Assembly: GCA_050872785.1 (NCBI GenBank)
Contig: JBNMHO010000005.1
Span: 919-64,918 of the forward strand
Reading direction: 5' to 3'
DNA: 64,000 bases
Origin: Clostridia bacterium
GTDB lineage: Bacteria > Bacillota > Clostridia > Christensenellales > UBA1242
How positions within the stretch are numbered: the first letter of the stretch is position 1; each line of letters begins with the position of its first letter. The translations under genes were made by a program, and so were the position numbers. The notes beneath the pieces are model-generated. The model was given only the letters and a program-made list of their open reading frames with translations, was not told the DNA's origin and made no database searches. This document shows, in pieces, positions 36,170-46,040 of this stretch.

Positions 36170-36907
36170 TTACACGTTATTCCCCAAAACTTCTGAAACG
36201 GACGCAACAGTCAGTCCATTTGACTTCAAAGTTTTTATAATATCCTTCAAAGCCTTTGCTGTATGCTCGGTTGGATGCATCAAAATGAGGTCGCCCGCCT
36301 TGATGTCTTTTGTTGCTCTGGAAAACACAAGCGAACTATCCTTATCCCGCCAGTCAATGGTATCTCTGCTCCACATAATTGTTTTGTATCCCAGTTCACT
36401 TGCAACAGAAAGTGTCGTCTTGTTATAACTGCCCGATGGGGGTGCAAAAAGGTTCATTTCCGTGCCAGTTATACTTTTTACAAGTTTGTGAGTTGCTTCA
36501 ATTTCTCGTTTTTGTGCTTCTTGAGAAAGTTTTTTGTGGTCTTTGTGATTGTAGCCATGATTGCCAATTTCATGTCCAGAGTTGTATATTTTCTCCAACA
36601 TTTCGCCATTTTTTGCCACCCAGCAACCGCCAACAAAGAAAGTCGTTTTAACTCCCTCATCTTCAAGAGTTTTTAGCATATCGTCAAGATATTCCGTCCC
36701 CCAATAAACATTTATCATAAGGCTCACCTTATTACTTTGCCTATCGCCATTGTAAATGGGCGCAAAAGTTTGAGCCGTCTGAGGCAAAATAGGCACAAAA
36801 ATGGTGAGCGCCAAAATACACAGCACAGCAAGTGACAAAATGACGTTACATGTGCCGTGAACAAATCTTTTTTCATTTTTTGAACTTATAAACCCAAAAA
36901 TCTTCAT
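36170..36907 (-). CDS. polysaccharide deacetylase (YlxY/PdaB-like, NodB domain)
   Basis: N-terminal TM, then TTFFVGG, GHEIGNHGYNH and LMHP motifs. Synteny matches Bacillus rpsO-pnpA-ylxY-mlpA. Confidence 0.8.
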   Translation of the reverse strand: MKIFGFISSKNEKRFVHGTCNVILSLAVLCILALTIFVPILPQTAQTFAPIYNGDRQSNKVSLMINVYWGTEYLDDMLKTLEDEGVKTTFFVGGCWVAKNGEMLEKIYNSGHEIGNHGYNHKDHKKLSQEAQKREIEATHKLVKSITGTEMNLFAPPSGSYNKTTLSVASELGYKTIMWSRDTIDWRDKDSSLVFSRATKDIKAGDLILMHPTEHTAKALKDIIKTLKSNGLTVASVSEVLGNNV

Positions 36908-37016
36908 ATTTCATATATATGCTCCACCACTTAAATAATATTTGTCCAAAAAAGCATTTTTCACCTAATTTTGCCATTTTCCCCTTGTTTTAACATTTAT
37001 TTATACATTTTGCCCA

Positions 37017-37045
37017 TTGAAATTTGAAAAAATATGTGATATTAT
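37017..37045 (+). promoter_or_regulatory. sigma-70 promoter with extended -10 for the two-gene cassette
   Basis: TTGAAA (37017-37022), a 17-nt spacer, then TGaTATTAT (-10 at 37040-37045), 29 nt upstream of ATG 37074. Confidence 0.55.
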
Positions 37046-37073
37046 TATGTCAAGGAAATAAAAGGAAACAATT

Positions 37074-37736
37074 ATGGAAAACAAAACTAACAATATTACA
37101 TATGATGATGAGTTTTTGAAAAAACTTCTAAAAATTTCAAAAGAAAACATTATTGCAAGAGAAAACACAAGGACTTTCTTTACAAACAAGAAAAAAGATA
37201 ATCCTCAAGCAGAAGCTATGCTTCTTAACACAAAGTATGAGCTTTATGAAATTTTAAGCGGAATGACTGCAGAGGACAGACAAACAGCTTTCAAATCTTT
37301 GGATAGTTATTTTGAACACATGGCCTACATTTGGCAAATGCACAAACTAAAAGGAAATAGCATAGTTGAAATGGAGCCAATTCTTGGAATGAGAATGGCT
37401 GCTTGCAGAAATGTCGAACGAGTATATTTTGAAGCATTGACTGAACATTTTATAAGTCTATCTTCAAAGGCTCTTTGGGCAAGTTCTGAAATTGAATATC
37501 AAAATGAGGTTGCAAAGATTAGAGAAGAACTTTCAAGCACCATACCAGAAGAAATACAAAAACTTAAGAGTTCTTTGTTCGCTAAAAGCAGAGATTTGCA
37601 AGAAAAGGTTGACAAGACGCTTAGTGTTGATGAATATGCCCTAGCCGAACAAGAAACAAGGGCTTGCAAACTACTCGCCTATCTTTCTGCAGAATTGACA
37701 GAAGAAAACGAACAAGTTGACATTCCTTGCAAGTGA
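37074..37736 (+). CDS. hypothetical helical protein, paralog A of a tandem pair
   Basis: 220 aa. It shares blocks with the downstream ORF (LYEILSGMTAEDRQTAFKSLDSY versus IYDIITGSSDEDKEEIFNHIAEY; AACRNVERVYFEALTEHF versus NACKIVRPLYNEMCQKF) and has an extra coiled-coil-like C-terminal half. Confidence 0.6.
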   Translation: MENKTNNITYDDEFLKKLLKISKENIIARENTRTFFTNKKKDNPQAEAMLLNTKYELYEILSGMTAEDRQTAFKSLDSYFEHMAYIWQMHKLKGNSIVEMEPILGMRMAACRNVERVYFEALTEHFISLSSKALWASSEIEYQNEVAKIREELSSTIPEEIQKLKSSLFAKSRDLQEKVDKTLSVDEYALAEQETRACKLLAYLSAELTEENEQVDIPCK

Positions 37737-37751
37737 GTTTTGGGTGAAATT

Positions 37752-38144
37752 ATGGAAACGACAAAAAGCAAAGCGGCTAAAATTATAAAACTTGCAGAAT
37801 TTCTGGTGATCGCAGAGCAAAGAAAGAGGAGATGTGTTGGAAAGGGACAAGGCAACATTTCAAACTACAATCGAACAATAAGCGTTTCAAGCCGTCTGAT
37901 TTATGATATTATAACTGGGTCAAGCGATGAAGACAAGGAAGAAATTTTCAATCATATTGCCGAATACGCTGGAGCAATTCAAAACGACATGGCAACTAAA
38001 GAAATGTGGTGGCTTGAAGAACCTATTTTTACAATCAAAGTCCCTGCCCCAAGCATAACACTTAATGCTTGTAAAATTGTTCGTCCTCTTTATAACGAAA
38101 TGTGTCAAAAGTTTGAACCTCAATCAGTGGCTTCAGAAATGTAA
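37752..38144 (+). CDS. hypothetical protein, paralog B of a tandem pair
   Basis: The likely start is ATG 37752, 5 nt after GGGTGA (the ORF track uses TTG 37740). About 130 aa, similar to the upstream ORF. Confidence 0.55.
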   Translation: METTKSKAAKIIKLAEFLVIAEQRKRRCVGKGQGNISNYNRTISVSSRLIYDIITGSSDEDKEEIFNHIAEYAGAIQNDMATKEMWWLEEPIFTIKVPAPSITLNACKIVRPLYNEMCQKFEPQSVASEM

Positions 38145-38152
38145 CAACAAAC

Positions 38153-38179
38153 AAGACAGTCGAGCGGCTGTCTTTTTTG
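38153..38179 (+). terminator. rho-independent terminator of the plus-strand cassette
   Basis: Stem AAGACAG/CTGTCTT (38153-38159 / 38168-38174) followed by a T run. Confidence 0.7.
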
Positions 38180-38198
38180 TTATAAATAATCTTATGGT

Positions 38199-38233
38199 TA
38201 AAAAATCTCCCAGTTAATTTGGGAGATTTTTTT
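38199..38233 (-). terminator. rho-independent terminator downstream of pnp (bidirectional shape)
   Basis: Stem ATCTCCC/GGGAGAT (38205-38211 / 38221-38227) flanked by A and T runs. Confidence 0.7.
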
Positions 38234-38277
38234 CATAGTATGTTTAAACTTTTTCACAAAATATTTGTTTTTAAATA

Positions 38278-40368
38278 TCAAAGTTTTTCAAGAAGTTTGA
38301 GGTCAACTCTGCCCTTGTCGTCAACTTTAATAACTTCAACGCTAACTGTGTCGCCAAGGTTCACAACGTCTGTTACTTTTTCAACTCTTTCTTTTGCGAG
38401 TTTTGAAATGTGAATCATTCCGTCTTTGTTTGGAGCGAGTTCAACAAATGCACCAAATTGCATAATTCTTACAACCTTGCCCACAAATTTCTGACCAACT
38501 TCAACATCTGTAACAATGTTCATGATGATTTCTTTTGCACGTTTGCTCATTGCTTCATCGCAAGTTGCAATAAACACTTTGCCGTCATCGTCAATGTCAA
38601 TTTTAACGCCAGTTTCGTCAATAATCTTGTTAATAACCTTTCCGCCTGTGCCAATGACATCTCTAATTTTATCTGGGTCAATGTTGAAGGAAATAATCTT
38701 TGGAGCATATTTTGAAAGGTGATCACGAGGTTCTTTAATTGTGTCAAGCATAATGCCCAAAATGTGCATACGCCCTTCTCTTGCTTGATTTAGTGCAGTT
38801 GTCAAAATATTTTTGTCAATGCCCTTAATCTTGATATCCATTTGGATAGCGGTTATGCCTTTTTCTGTTCCAGCAACTTTAAAGTCCATATCGCCAAGGA
38901 AGTCTTCCATGCCTTGAATGTCGCTCATAACAGCAACTTTGCCACTTTCAACGTCTTTGATAAGTCCCATTGCAATGCCTGCAACTGGTGCTTTAATCTT
39001 AACGCCAGCGTCCATAAGTGAAAGTGTGGAGCCGCATACACTTGCCATTGAAGATGAGCCATTTGAACTTAAAACTTCACTTACAAGACGCAACGCATAT
39101 GGGAATTCGTCTTCACTAGGAATAACAGGTTCCAATGCTCTTTCTGCAAGTGCGCCGTGTCCAATTTCTCTTCTGCCTGGGCTTTTGAGCGGTCTTGCTT
39201 CGCCAGTTGCATAAGGTGGCATGTTGTATTGGTGAATGTATCTTTTTGCGTCTTCGTCATCAAGACCTTCAAGTTTTTGAACGTCTGCAATAGTTCCAAG
39301 TGTTAAGCAGTTGAGGACTTGAGTTTGTCCACGTGTAAACACTGCGCTGCCGTGAACTCTTGGAAGAACGCCAACTTCACACCAAATTGGTCTGATTTCT
39401 TTAAGTGTTCTGCCGTCTGGACGTTGACCTTTGTTAATGATTTTGCTTCTAACTTTTTCTTTTGTCATTTTGTAAAGAACGTCAGCAATCATTTTCTTCC
39501 CTTCTGGGAAAATTTCTGCAAAGTGTTCAAACACTTCATTGTTCAAAGCTTCTTGTCTTTCTTGACGAGTTTCTCTGTCTGTTGTGTCCAAAGCATAGTC
39601 AAGTTTGCTGTCTGCATATTCTCTTACTGCCTTGTCAATTTCTTCAGTTGGAACAAAAATTGGAAGGTCGGTTCTTTTTGCCTTGCCAATTTTTGCAACG
39701 ATATCGTTTTGGAAAGCGACCAATTTTTTGATTTCTTCGTGAGCAAACATAATTGCGTCAAGCATTTCTTGTTCGCTAACTTCTTTTGCACCTGCTTCCA
39801 CCATAAGGATTGCTTCGCTTGTGCCAGAAACAGTTACGTGCATATCACTCTTTTCTTTTTCTGCCGGAGTTGGGTTGATAATAAACTTTCCGTCAACGCA
39901 ACCAACAACAACACTGCCCGTAGGCCCTGCCCATGGAATGTCTGAAATGGAAAGTGCCACGCTTGAAGCAAGCATTGCAAGTGGTTCTGGAGCAATGTCT
40001 GGGTCAACAGACAAAGCTGTGCAGACAACTGCAACATCGTTATAAAACCCTTTTGGGAAAAGTGGTCTTAAAGGTCTATCAATAAGTCTTGATGTCAAGA
40101 TAGCCTTATCACTTGGTCTTCCTTCTCTCTTTTTAAATCCGCCAGGGATTTTGCCCACAGAATACATTTTTTCTTCAAAATCCACCCCAAGTGGGAAGAA
40201 GTCAATGCCATCTCTTGGACTTTCTGCCATGGTCACACTGCATTGAACAACAGTTTCGCCGCATTTGACCCAGCAAGTGCCGTTGGCTTGTTCGCTGTAT
40301 TTTCCAGTTTTAACAGTCAATTTTCTTCCGCCAACAGTCGTTTCAAAAATACTTTCATTTACGCTCAT
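38278..40368 (-). CDS. pnp: polyribonucleotide nucleotidyltransferase (PNPase)
   Basis: Two RNase PH domains, then KH and S1 domains at the C-terminus. The sequence is canonical (GGFKKREGRPS, FLGDMDFKVAGT). Confidence 0.96.
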   Translation of the reverse strand: MSVNESIFETTVGGRKLTVKTGKYSEQANGTCWVKCGETVVQCSVTMAESPRDGIDFFPLGVDFEEKMYSVGKIPGGFKKREGRPSDKAILTSRLIDRPLRPLFPKGFYNDVAVVCTALSVDPDIAPEPLAMLASSVALSISDIPWAGPTGSVVVGCVDGKFIINPTPAEKEKSDMHVTVSGTSEAILMVEAGAKEVSEQEMLDAIMFAHEEIKKLVAFQNDIVAKIGKAKRTDLPIFVPTEEIDKAVREYADSKLDYALDTTDRETRQERQEALNNEVFEHFAEIFPEGKKMIADVLYKMTKEKVRSKIINKGQRPDGRTLKEIRPIWCEVGVLPRVHGSAVFTRGQTQVLNCLTLGTIADVQKLEGLDDEDAKRYIHQYNMPPYATGEARPLKSPGRREIGHGALAERALEPVIPSEDEFPYALRLVSEVLSSNGSSSMASVCGSTLSLMDAGVKIKAPVAGIAMGLIKDVESGKVAVMSDIQGMEDFLGDMDFKVAGTEKGITAIQMDIKIKGIDKNILTTALNQAREGRMHILGIMLDTIKEPRDHLSKYAPKIISFNIDPDKIRDVIGTGGKVINKIIDETGVKIDIDDDGKVFIATCDEAMSKRAKEIIMNIVTDVEVGQKFVGKVVRIMQFGAFVELAPNKDGMIHISKLAKERVEKVTDVVNLGDTVSVEVIKVDDKGRVDLKLLEKL

Positions 40369-40444
40369 TTTTTTCTCCTAATAACTCTTTTAGTTTGCCA
40401 CAACAAACAAATATTGTCAATCATATTGCCCATTTTACAAAAAA

Positions 40445-40490
40445 AAATTAAAAAAACGGGCAGAGATAGTTTTCGCTATCCCAAACCCGC
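40445..40490 (-). terminator. terminator/attenuator between rpsO and pnp
   Basis: Imperfect hairpin GCGGGTTTGGGATAG...CTATCTCTGCCCGT (40457-40490) followed by a U7 run on the minus strand. Confidence 0.55.
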
Positions 40491-40497
40491 TATTAAA

Positions 40498-40758
40498 TTA
40501 TCTTATATTCAAAGATTTTTTCAAACTTCTGTACTTTTCGATGTCTTCTTTTTCAAGATAACTCAAAAGTCCCTTTCTTTGTCCAACAAGTTTCAAAAGT
40601 CCACGACTTGAATGTTTGTCGCTTGGATTTGCCTTAAGATGTTCTGTCAAGTGATTGATTCTTTCGGTCAAGATTGCAATTTGAACTTCTGTTGAACCAG
40701 TGTCTTTTTCATTTCTAGCATACTTCTTGATGATTTCGTTCTTAATTTGTTTGTCCAT
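40498..40758 (-). CDS. rpsO: 30S ribosomal protein S15
   Basis: [42 protein letters not shown]... is canonical S15. The start is ATG 40758; the ORF-track start at 40794 is an extension. Confidence 0.95.
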   Translation of the reverse strand: MDKQIKNEIIKKYARNEKDTGSTEVQIAILTERINHLTEHLKANPSDKHSSRGLLKLVGQRKGLLSYLEKEDIEKYRSLKKSLNIR

Positions 40759-40846
40759 TTTTCTAACTCCTTTTATAAATTCGCCACACAGCAAAGCAAG
40801 CCGTTTGGAGTAAAACTCGAACTCCCTTGCCGTAGGTAACGCAGAT

Positions 40847-40875
40847 ATAATATATCATTTCCACTCATTTGTCAA
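40847..40875 (-). promoter_or_regulatory. sigma-70 promoter of rpsO, followed by a structured leader
   Basis: TTGACA (40875-40870), a 17-nt spacer, then TATTAT (40852-40847). The leader contains a GGAGT...ACTCC hairpin and could be an S15 autoregulatory element. Confidence 0.6.
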
Positions 40876-40898
40876 GCGTTTTATTGCAACTTTATTTG

Positions 40899-43265
40899 CT
40901 AAACTGTTTTTAGCGTCAAGCACACTTCGTTATAAAATTGTGAATTTGTAAGCGGTGACACCACTTTTTTGTCTTCTTTTAAAGATTTAAGCCCCAAGTC
41001 GTCTTGCATTTCAAAAATTTTAAGTTCCAAAAAAACATATAAGCAGAAGATGAATTGTTTGAAATTTATTGACCTATCTTTGCTTTGTAGTTGCTTGAAA
41101 AGTGAAATATCGCTTAGGAAACTGTCCTGACTTGAAGCAAAATCGCTTAAAAGTTTGAAATATTTAGCAAAAACTTTTCTATCTGTTGAAAGTCCAACAA
41201 ATATTTTTCTATCAATCTTTTTGTCCGCTGGCACATAAACTGTTGCGCCCGAATGTTTTGATATTTCCTTCAAAAAGCCAGTTGACAAAACTCCGTCAAG
41301 GAACACAATTCTTTTATATGAGCCAAAATTATCGAAGTTTGTTGGGCATAAAACAATGCTGTTTACGCCACTATTTTTGATAACTTCATATAGACAATGT
41401 GACAAAACAAGGTCGTTATTTTCTATGCAAAATTCCCTATATGCCCCAAAGGAATAACTAACAAAAAGCGTGCCAAAAGCATCTTGCTTTGCTTGATTTG
41501 CAATTTGTTTAAGTCTATTTTTATCCCAAAATTGTGGTTTTTTTGTGCCACAAGAATCATATGAGAGTTGTTTTAGATATTCGCCAAGCATAATGTCGTC
41601 TGTTTTAGGTTTTGTAAGTTTGCCCGTCGAAATATCCTTTGCAATACCCTTATAATATCTTTTGCCCTTAAAACTTGAACTTTGAAATTCAATTTGGACA
41701 CTTCTATCGCTTGAACCCTTAAGAAGTGGCAAATATTTGTAGCAATTAAAGGCAATTATGTTTATATTTTTGTTAAAAATGGTCAAATGATTTGGGTGTT
41801 TTGGCATTGTGGAAAATGTTGCACCCTCGCTTAGATTGAGTTTAAAAACTGGTTTTGGATTTCCGCAGCCGCATGGTTCAATAAGTTCTAAGTCAGAGAT
41901 AAGTTTGTCGTTGATTTGGTCAAACTTCAATGCCATATCAAACTTTTCGCATGGCAAGAAGTCGTCTGGCGAGTAGTGCTTGTCAAGATAGTTGTTTAGG
42001 CTGGACAAAAAGTCGTTAAATTGCTTTTTCCTAATTGTAAGCCCCGCAGCCATTTTGTGACCGCCAAAGGTTTCAAGTGTTTCTTTTGTGCAAGAAATGG
42101 CACTGAAAATGTCAATATCATTTATGCTCCTTGCACTGCCCTTAAGTTCTTCACCCATATCACTTAAAAGAATGGTTGGGCGATTGTATTCCCCAGCAAT
42201 TTTTGCAGCGACAATCCCCAAAACGCCACTATCCCATTTTTTGCTAAAAAGCACAATGGACTTGTAATTTGCAATATTTATTTGAGAAAGTTTGTCCACC
42301 ACATCGTCATAAATTCTGTTGCAAATGGCTTGACGCTCTGTGTTTAAGTTGCCAAGCGTTGTTATGGTGTTTTTAAGGAGAAGTTTGTCGTCTTTTATAT
42401 AAAGTTTGAGTGCTACGCTAGCGTCCCCCATTCTGCCTGCTGCGTTGATTTTTGGCGAAAGTTTGTAGGCAATGTCTGTTGACGAGCAGTTAAGTTGCAT
42501 TTTATTTTCTTCAAAAAGCATCTTTATGCCGAGTGGCAATGTCTTGTCAAAAGACTCCATGCCCAGTTTGACAATGGCTCTGTTTTCGTCTTCCAGCGGC
42601 ACAATATCGGCAATGGTTGCTATGGCAGCAATTCCAAGATATTTTTTTGCTTCTTCAAGGTCAGACAACGCTTGCACAACTTTAAACGCCACCCCCGTCC
42701 CGCAAAGATATTTGAATGGATATTTTTGCCCGTCAAGTTTTGGGTCAACGACTATTGTATTTGGGATAATTTCTGGAATGTCGTGGTGGTCGGTGATGAC
42801 AATATCAATGCCAAGCGCCCTTGCAAATTCCACTTCTTCATGGCAAGAAATTCCGCAGTCCACCGTTATAATAAGCGAAGGATTGTATTTGTCCTTCACT
42901 CGCAAAATGGAGTCTTTTGTCAGCCCATAGCCGTCAACATATCTGTTTGGAAGAAAGTAGTCAACATAGAAATTCCTTTCAGCAAAATATTTAATCAAAA
43001 TGGCACTGGCACTTACCCCGTCAACGTCATAGTCACCAAAAATAAGGACTTTTTCGTTGTCCGTCATTGCTTTGTTTATTCTTTCCACAAGTTCTTTCAT
43101 TCCGCTAAGTAAAAATGGGTCATGGAAACTCTTGTCCGTTGGGTTTAAAAAATGTTTTAATTTTTCTTCAGAGGTCACGCCACGCTTTTCCATAAGGTTT
43201 AAGACAATGGGTGAAATATTATGTTTTTTTGCAATCTCCTCTATTTTAAATTCTTCAGTTCTCAT
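40899..43265 (-). CDS. recJ: single-stranded-DNA-specific exonuclease RecJ (long form)
   Basis: DHH motifs (GDYDVDG, TVDCG, ITDHH) and the DHHA1 motif GGHKMAAG, with an extended C-terminal region. Confidence 0.9.
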   Translation of the reverse strand: MRTEEFKIEEIAKKHNISPIVLNLMEKRGVTSEEKLKHFLNPTDKSFHDPFLLSGMKELVERINKAMTDNEKVLIFGDYDVDGVSASAILIKYFAERNFYVDYFLPNRYVDGYGLTKDSILRVKDKYNPSLIITVDCGISCHEEVEFARALGIDIVITDHHDIPEIIPNTIVVDPKLDGQKYPFKYLCGTGVAFKVVQALSDLEEAKKYLGIAAIATIADIVPLEDENRAIVKLGMESFDKTLPLGIKMLFEENKMQLNCSSTDIAYKLSPKINAAGRMGDASVALKLYIKDDKLLLKNTITTLGNLNTERQAICNRIYDDVVDKLSQINIANYKSIVLFSKKWDSGVLGIVAAKIAGEYNRPTILLSDMGEELKGSARSINDIDIFSAISCTKETLETFGGHKMAAGLTIRKKQFNDFLSSLNNYLDKHYSPDDFLPCEKFDMALKFDQINDKLISDLELIEPCGCGNPKPVFKLNLSEGATFSTMPKHPNHLTIFNKNINIIAFNCYKYLPLLKGSSDRSVQIEFQSSSFKGKRYYKGIAKDISTGKLTKPKTDDIMLGEYLKQLSYDSCGTKKPQFWDKNRLKQIANQAKQDAFGTLFVSYSFGAYREFCIENNDLVLSHCLYEVIKNSGVNSIVLCPTNFDNFGSYKRIVFLDGVLSTGFLKEISKHSGATVYVPADKKIDRKIFVGLSTDRKVFAKYFKLLSDFASSQDSFLSDISLFKQLQSKDRSINFKQFIFCLYVFLELKIFEMQDDLGLKSLKEDKKVVSPLTNSQFYNEVCLTLKTV

Positions 43266-43331
43266 GTCAATATATTATCACATTTTTAACTCTCTGACAA
43301 CAACCTTTTTGCACAAAAAATAATTTTTGCA

Positions 43332-43365
43332 ACAAAAAAACCTATCACATATTTATGATAGGTCT
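43332..43365 (-). terminator. rho-independent terminator after secF
   Basis: 8-bp stem ACCTATCA/TGATAGGT (43340-43347 / 43356-43363) followed by a U7 run on the minus strand. Confidence 0.7.
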
Positions 43366-43398
43366 TTTAAATATACATTTGTAAAAGAAATTCTAAAA

Positions 43399-44451
43399 TT
43401 ATTCTTCTTCAATTTCAATTTCGTCATCTTCTTCAACTTTTGCTGGAACATTGTGTGATAAGACATAATGCCTTTGCTTTGCCATAACACTCCAGAGCGC
43501 TGGGATAACGAACAAATGAGTTGCATACACCACAACAAGCCCAGCGATGCATGAAAGTGCCACATGAAGAATGTTTTGAACAGTCACAACGCCGATTGCA
43601 ATGCTTGCGATAAGTGCAATGATATACACAATTTGGTTTTTCTTCCAAAGGCTGTCAACTGCAACACCTGCAAGTTCTGTGTTAGATTTTATTTTCAAAG
43701 TTGGGTCGTTGCCCTTTTCTTTAATTGTAAACAACAAGTCTGCCGTTGCATACACGCTCATGCACAACACAAGTGCTGCCACTGCAAAGATATATGAATT
43801 AACTTCAATTCTTGCAAGTCCAACAAAGCAAAGTGTCAAGAGGACATCAACAATGCCCGAAATTGCCATAACAAGAGCGCCCAAAGTTTTGAACCTTATG
43901 CAAGCATATATAATTGCAAGGACAAGTGCAAACAGCATGCAAGCACCAACAATAAACCATGTTTTTGAACTTTGAGTTGCGTTTAGTGAAGTTGTTTGTC
44001 TTGTCATATCAAAGCCATCACCCAAAAATTCAATACATTGTTCTGGGCTGTCTTTCACTGCGAAAAATGCTTCAGAATCGTTGAATTGTTTGTTAATTGC
44101 AACACGAATGTCTTGCAAAGTTTTGTTGTCTGTGTTTTTGAAAGTTACAACAAAGGTTTTTGTGCCATAGTCGCCTTGAGTTTGGAAAGATTCAATTTTT
44201 ACACCTTTCCCTGTCAAAATTTTTCTTACACCGTTTGAAGCGATTTCATAGTCAGTTGGGTCTTCGATATCAATGTTGCTGTTTTCAAATTGAACAACAA
44301 GTTGTGTCCCGCCTGAAAAGTCAATGCCCTTATTAAAACCGAATATTCCGACTACAATTCCCGCCACAACTACGAGTGCGAGCATAACGATAAGTGCTGG
44401 TTTAAAGAATTTCATAATGTCAAAAGAAGTGTTTTGTTTATTAGATTTCAT
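43399..44451 (-). CDS. secF: protein translocase subunit SecF
   Basis: N-terminal TM, a periplasmic-type domain, a C-terminal bundle of about five TM helices, adjacent to secD and overlapping it by 11 nt. Confidence 0.85.
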   Translation of the reverse strand: MKSNKQNTSFDIMKFFKPALIVMLALVVVAGIVVGIFGFNKGIDFSGGTQLVVQFENSNIDIEDPTDYEIASNGVRKILTGKGVKIESFQTQGDYGTKTFVVTFKNTDNKTLQDIRVAINKQFNDSEAFFAVKDSPEQCIEFLGDGFDMTRQTTSLNATQSSKTWFIVGACMLFALVLAIIYACIRFKTLGALVMAISGIVDVLLTLCFVGLARIEVNSYIFAVAALVLCMSVYATADLLFTIKEKGNDPTLKIKSNTELAGVAVDSLWKKNQIVYIIALIASIAIGVVTVQNILHVALSCIAGLVVVYATHLFVIPALWSVMAKQRHYVLSHNVPAKVEEDDEIEIEEE

Positions 44452-45826
44452 TTCTCACAGCCTCCCTTTTAAGATTGTAAAGACCTTTCTTGGTGCTGTT
44501 CAAAACCATGTAGCAAGCACAAACGCCACGCAACATAACAAACAATGTAAAGTAGTTTACAAAAAGTCCAACAAACAACACGCAAGCCATGTGTTTTATG
44601 CCTTGTGTTCCCACAATGTAAAACACTGCAAGAAGGATAAGCAAGAATGAATATTTTTCAAGTGTTGGAAGAACATTTTTCTTGAACCCTGCTCGAATTG
44701 CGTTTGGAATTTTCTTCCCCGAAGCATATTCTTTGCGTATTCTTTCAAAAATTTGAACCATGGAAGAAACAAGAATTAAGAATGTTGCAACAACACCCAA
44801 AACTCCATTTATATCCATAACAACAAGTGGAATTGATTGAAGAAGGAATGCAAAGATTGCCACAAAAACGAGCATGCTCCAGCTGGCAAGTGCGCCGAAC
44901 ATTCTGTATCTTATGGAGAGGAACAACATAACGCCAACGACCATTGCAGCAAGTCCCACAATAAGCATTGTTTTTACATTTCCAAAAATTCCAACAACGG
45001 AAGTTGAAAGCCCGCTTGTAATATTGTTATCAACAACTTTCTTAAGAATAACTGGTTTTGCAAGGCTGTTGATTTGAAGAGCCAAAGTGTTTGCAAATTC
45101 TTCATTTCCATATGCCAAAGTAAGACTTGAAATTGTGCCAGTTTCGCTTATTGCTCTGCCTTGTCCGCCATTGCTGTCATACAAAATATTTTGTCCATTT
45201 ACATGCAAATAAAGTTTGTCAGTGCTACTTGCTCCAGTGGTCATGTTCCTTAACATTTCTTGCCCTTCGTCATTAAATTCAATAACGACCGACCACAAAT
45301 CAGTTGAGCCGTAACTTCCCGATTGCACATAACATTTTTTGAAATATTTGCCAGTTATGCTACCTTCTGCGTCACTTGATGTGCTTTTGTTAAGGCTTAT
45401 TCCGCTTTCAGATGCCATGGACGAAAAAAGGTCTGTTCCAAGCCCACTTTTAGAGAACATATTTGTAATTTTCTCATCGTCATAGTTTGAAACAACAATT
45501 CTAATTGTCCTTTTTGTTTCCTCGCCCGAGTTGTCTATATTCCCAGACACTTCAAGCCCCAAATCTGAAAAAACACTTTGATATCTATCCACAGTTGTGT
45601 TAACAGCAATTTCAAATTCGCTATCGCTCATGCCTTCTTCACGCTGTGCTTCAAAAACAGACAATCTGCCACCTGCGATGTCATACCCATAATTTATTGC
45701 GCCAGCGAACCCGCGGAAAGTTGTGTTTGTTGTTGGGATAACAAAACTGACAAAAGTTAGCAACATTCCGATGACTGTCAAAATTGCCACAAGCACAAGT
45801 TTAATTCTAGAACTAGTTTTGGTCAT
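44441..45826 (-). CDS. secD: protein translocase subunit SecD
   Basis: Topology is typical of SecD, with a large extracytoplasmic domain and C-terminal TM helices. The likely start is ATG 45826 behind AGGAG. Confidence 0.85.
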   Translation of the reverse strand: MTKTSSRIKLVLVAILTVIGMLLTFVSFVIPTTNTTFRGFAGAINYGYDIAGGRLSVFEAQREEGMSDSEFEIAVNTTVDRYQSVFSDLGLEVSGNIDNSGEETKRTIRIVVSNYDDEKITNMFSKSGLGTDLFSSMASESGISLNKSTSSDAEGSITGKYFKKCYVQSGSYGSTDLWSVVIEFNDEGQEMLRNMTTGASSTDKLYLHVNGQNILYDSNGGQGRAISETGTISSLTLAYGNEEFANTLALQINSLAKPVILKKVVDNNITSGLSTSVVGIFGNVKTMLIVGLAAMVVGVMLFLSIRYRMFGALASWSMLVFVAIFAFLLQSIPLVVMDINGVLGVVATFLILVSSMVQIFERIRKEYASGKKIPNAIRAGFKKNVLPTLEKYSFLLILLAVFYIVGTQGIKHMACVLFVGLFVNYFTLFVMLRGVCACYMVLNSTKKGLYNLKREAVRNEI

Positions 45827-45985
45827 TAAAGCCCTTCTCCTTTCAATATGCAATCTATTATATAAAATAAAAATAGTTAAGTCAATCACAATTTCAAATT
45901 CGTTGAAAATTTTTCATGAAATTTTTAAAACTTTCAGAAAAATGACTTAAATTACCCCAATTTTTGCCCAAAACTCACAATTCAA

Positions 45986-46016
45986 AACAAAAAAAGTGGA
46001 GTTTGTTCCACTTTTT
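45986..46016 (-). terminator. rho-independent terminator
   Basis: Stem AGTGGA/TCCACT (45995-46000 / 46007-46012) flanked by A and T runs, just downstream of the 132-aa membrane gene. Confidence 0.6.
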
Positions 46017-46040
46017 CGTCAAAAATTCAAATTGTATAAT

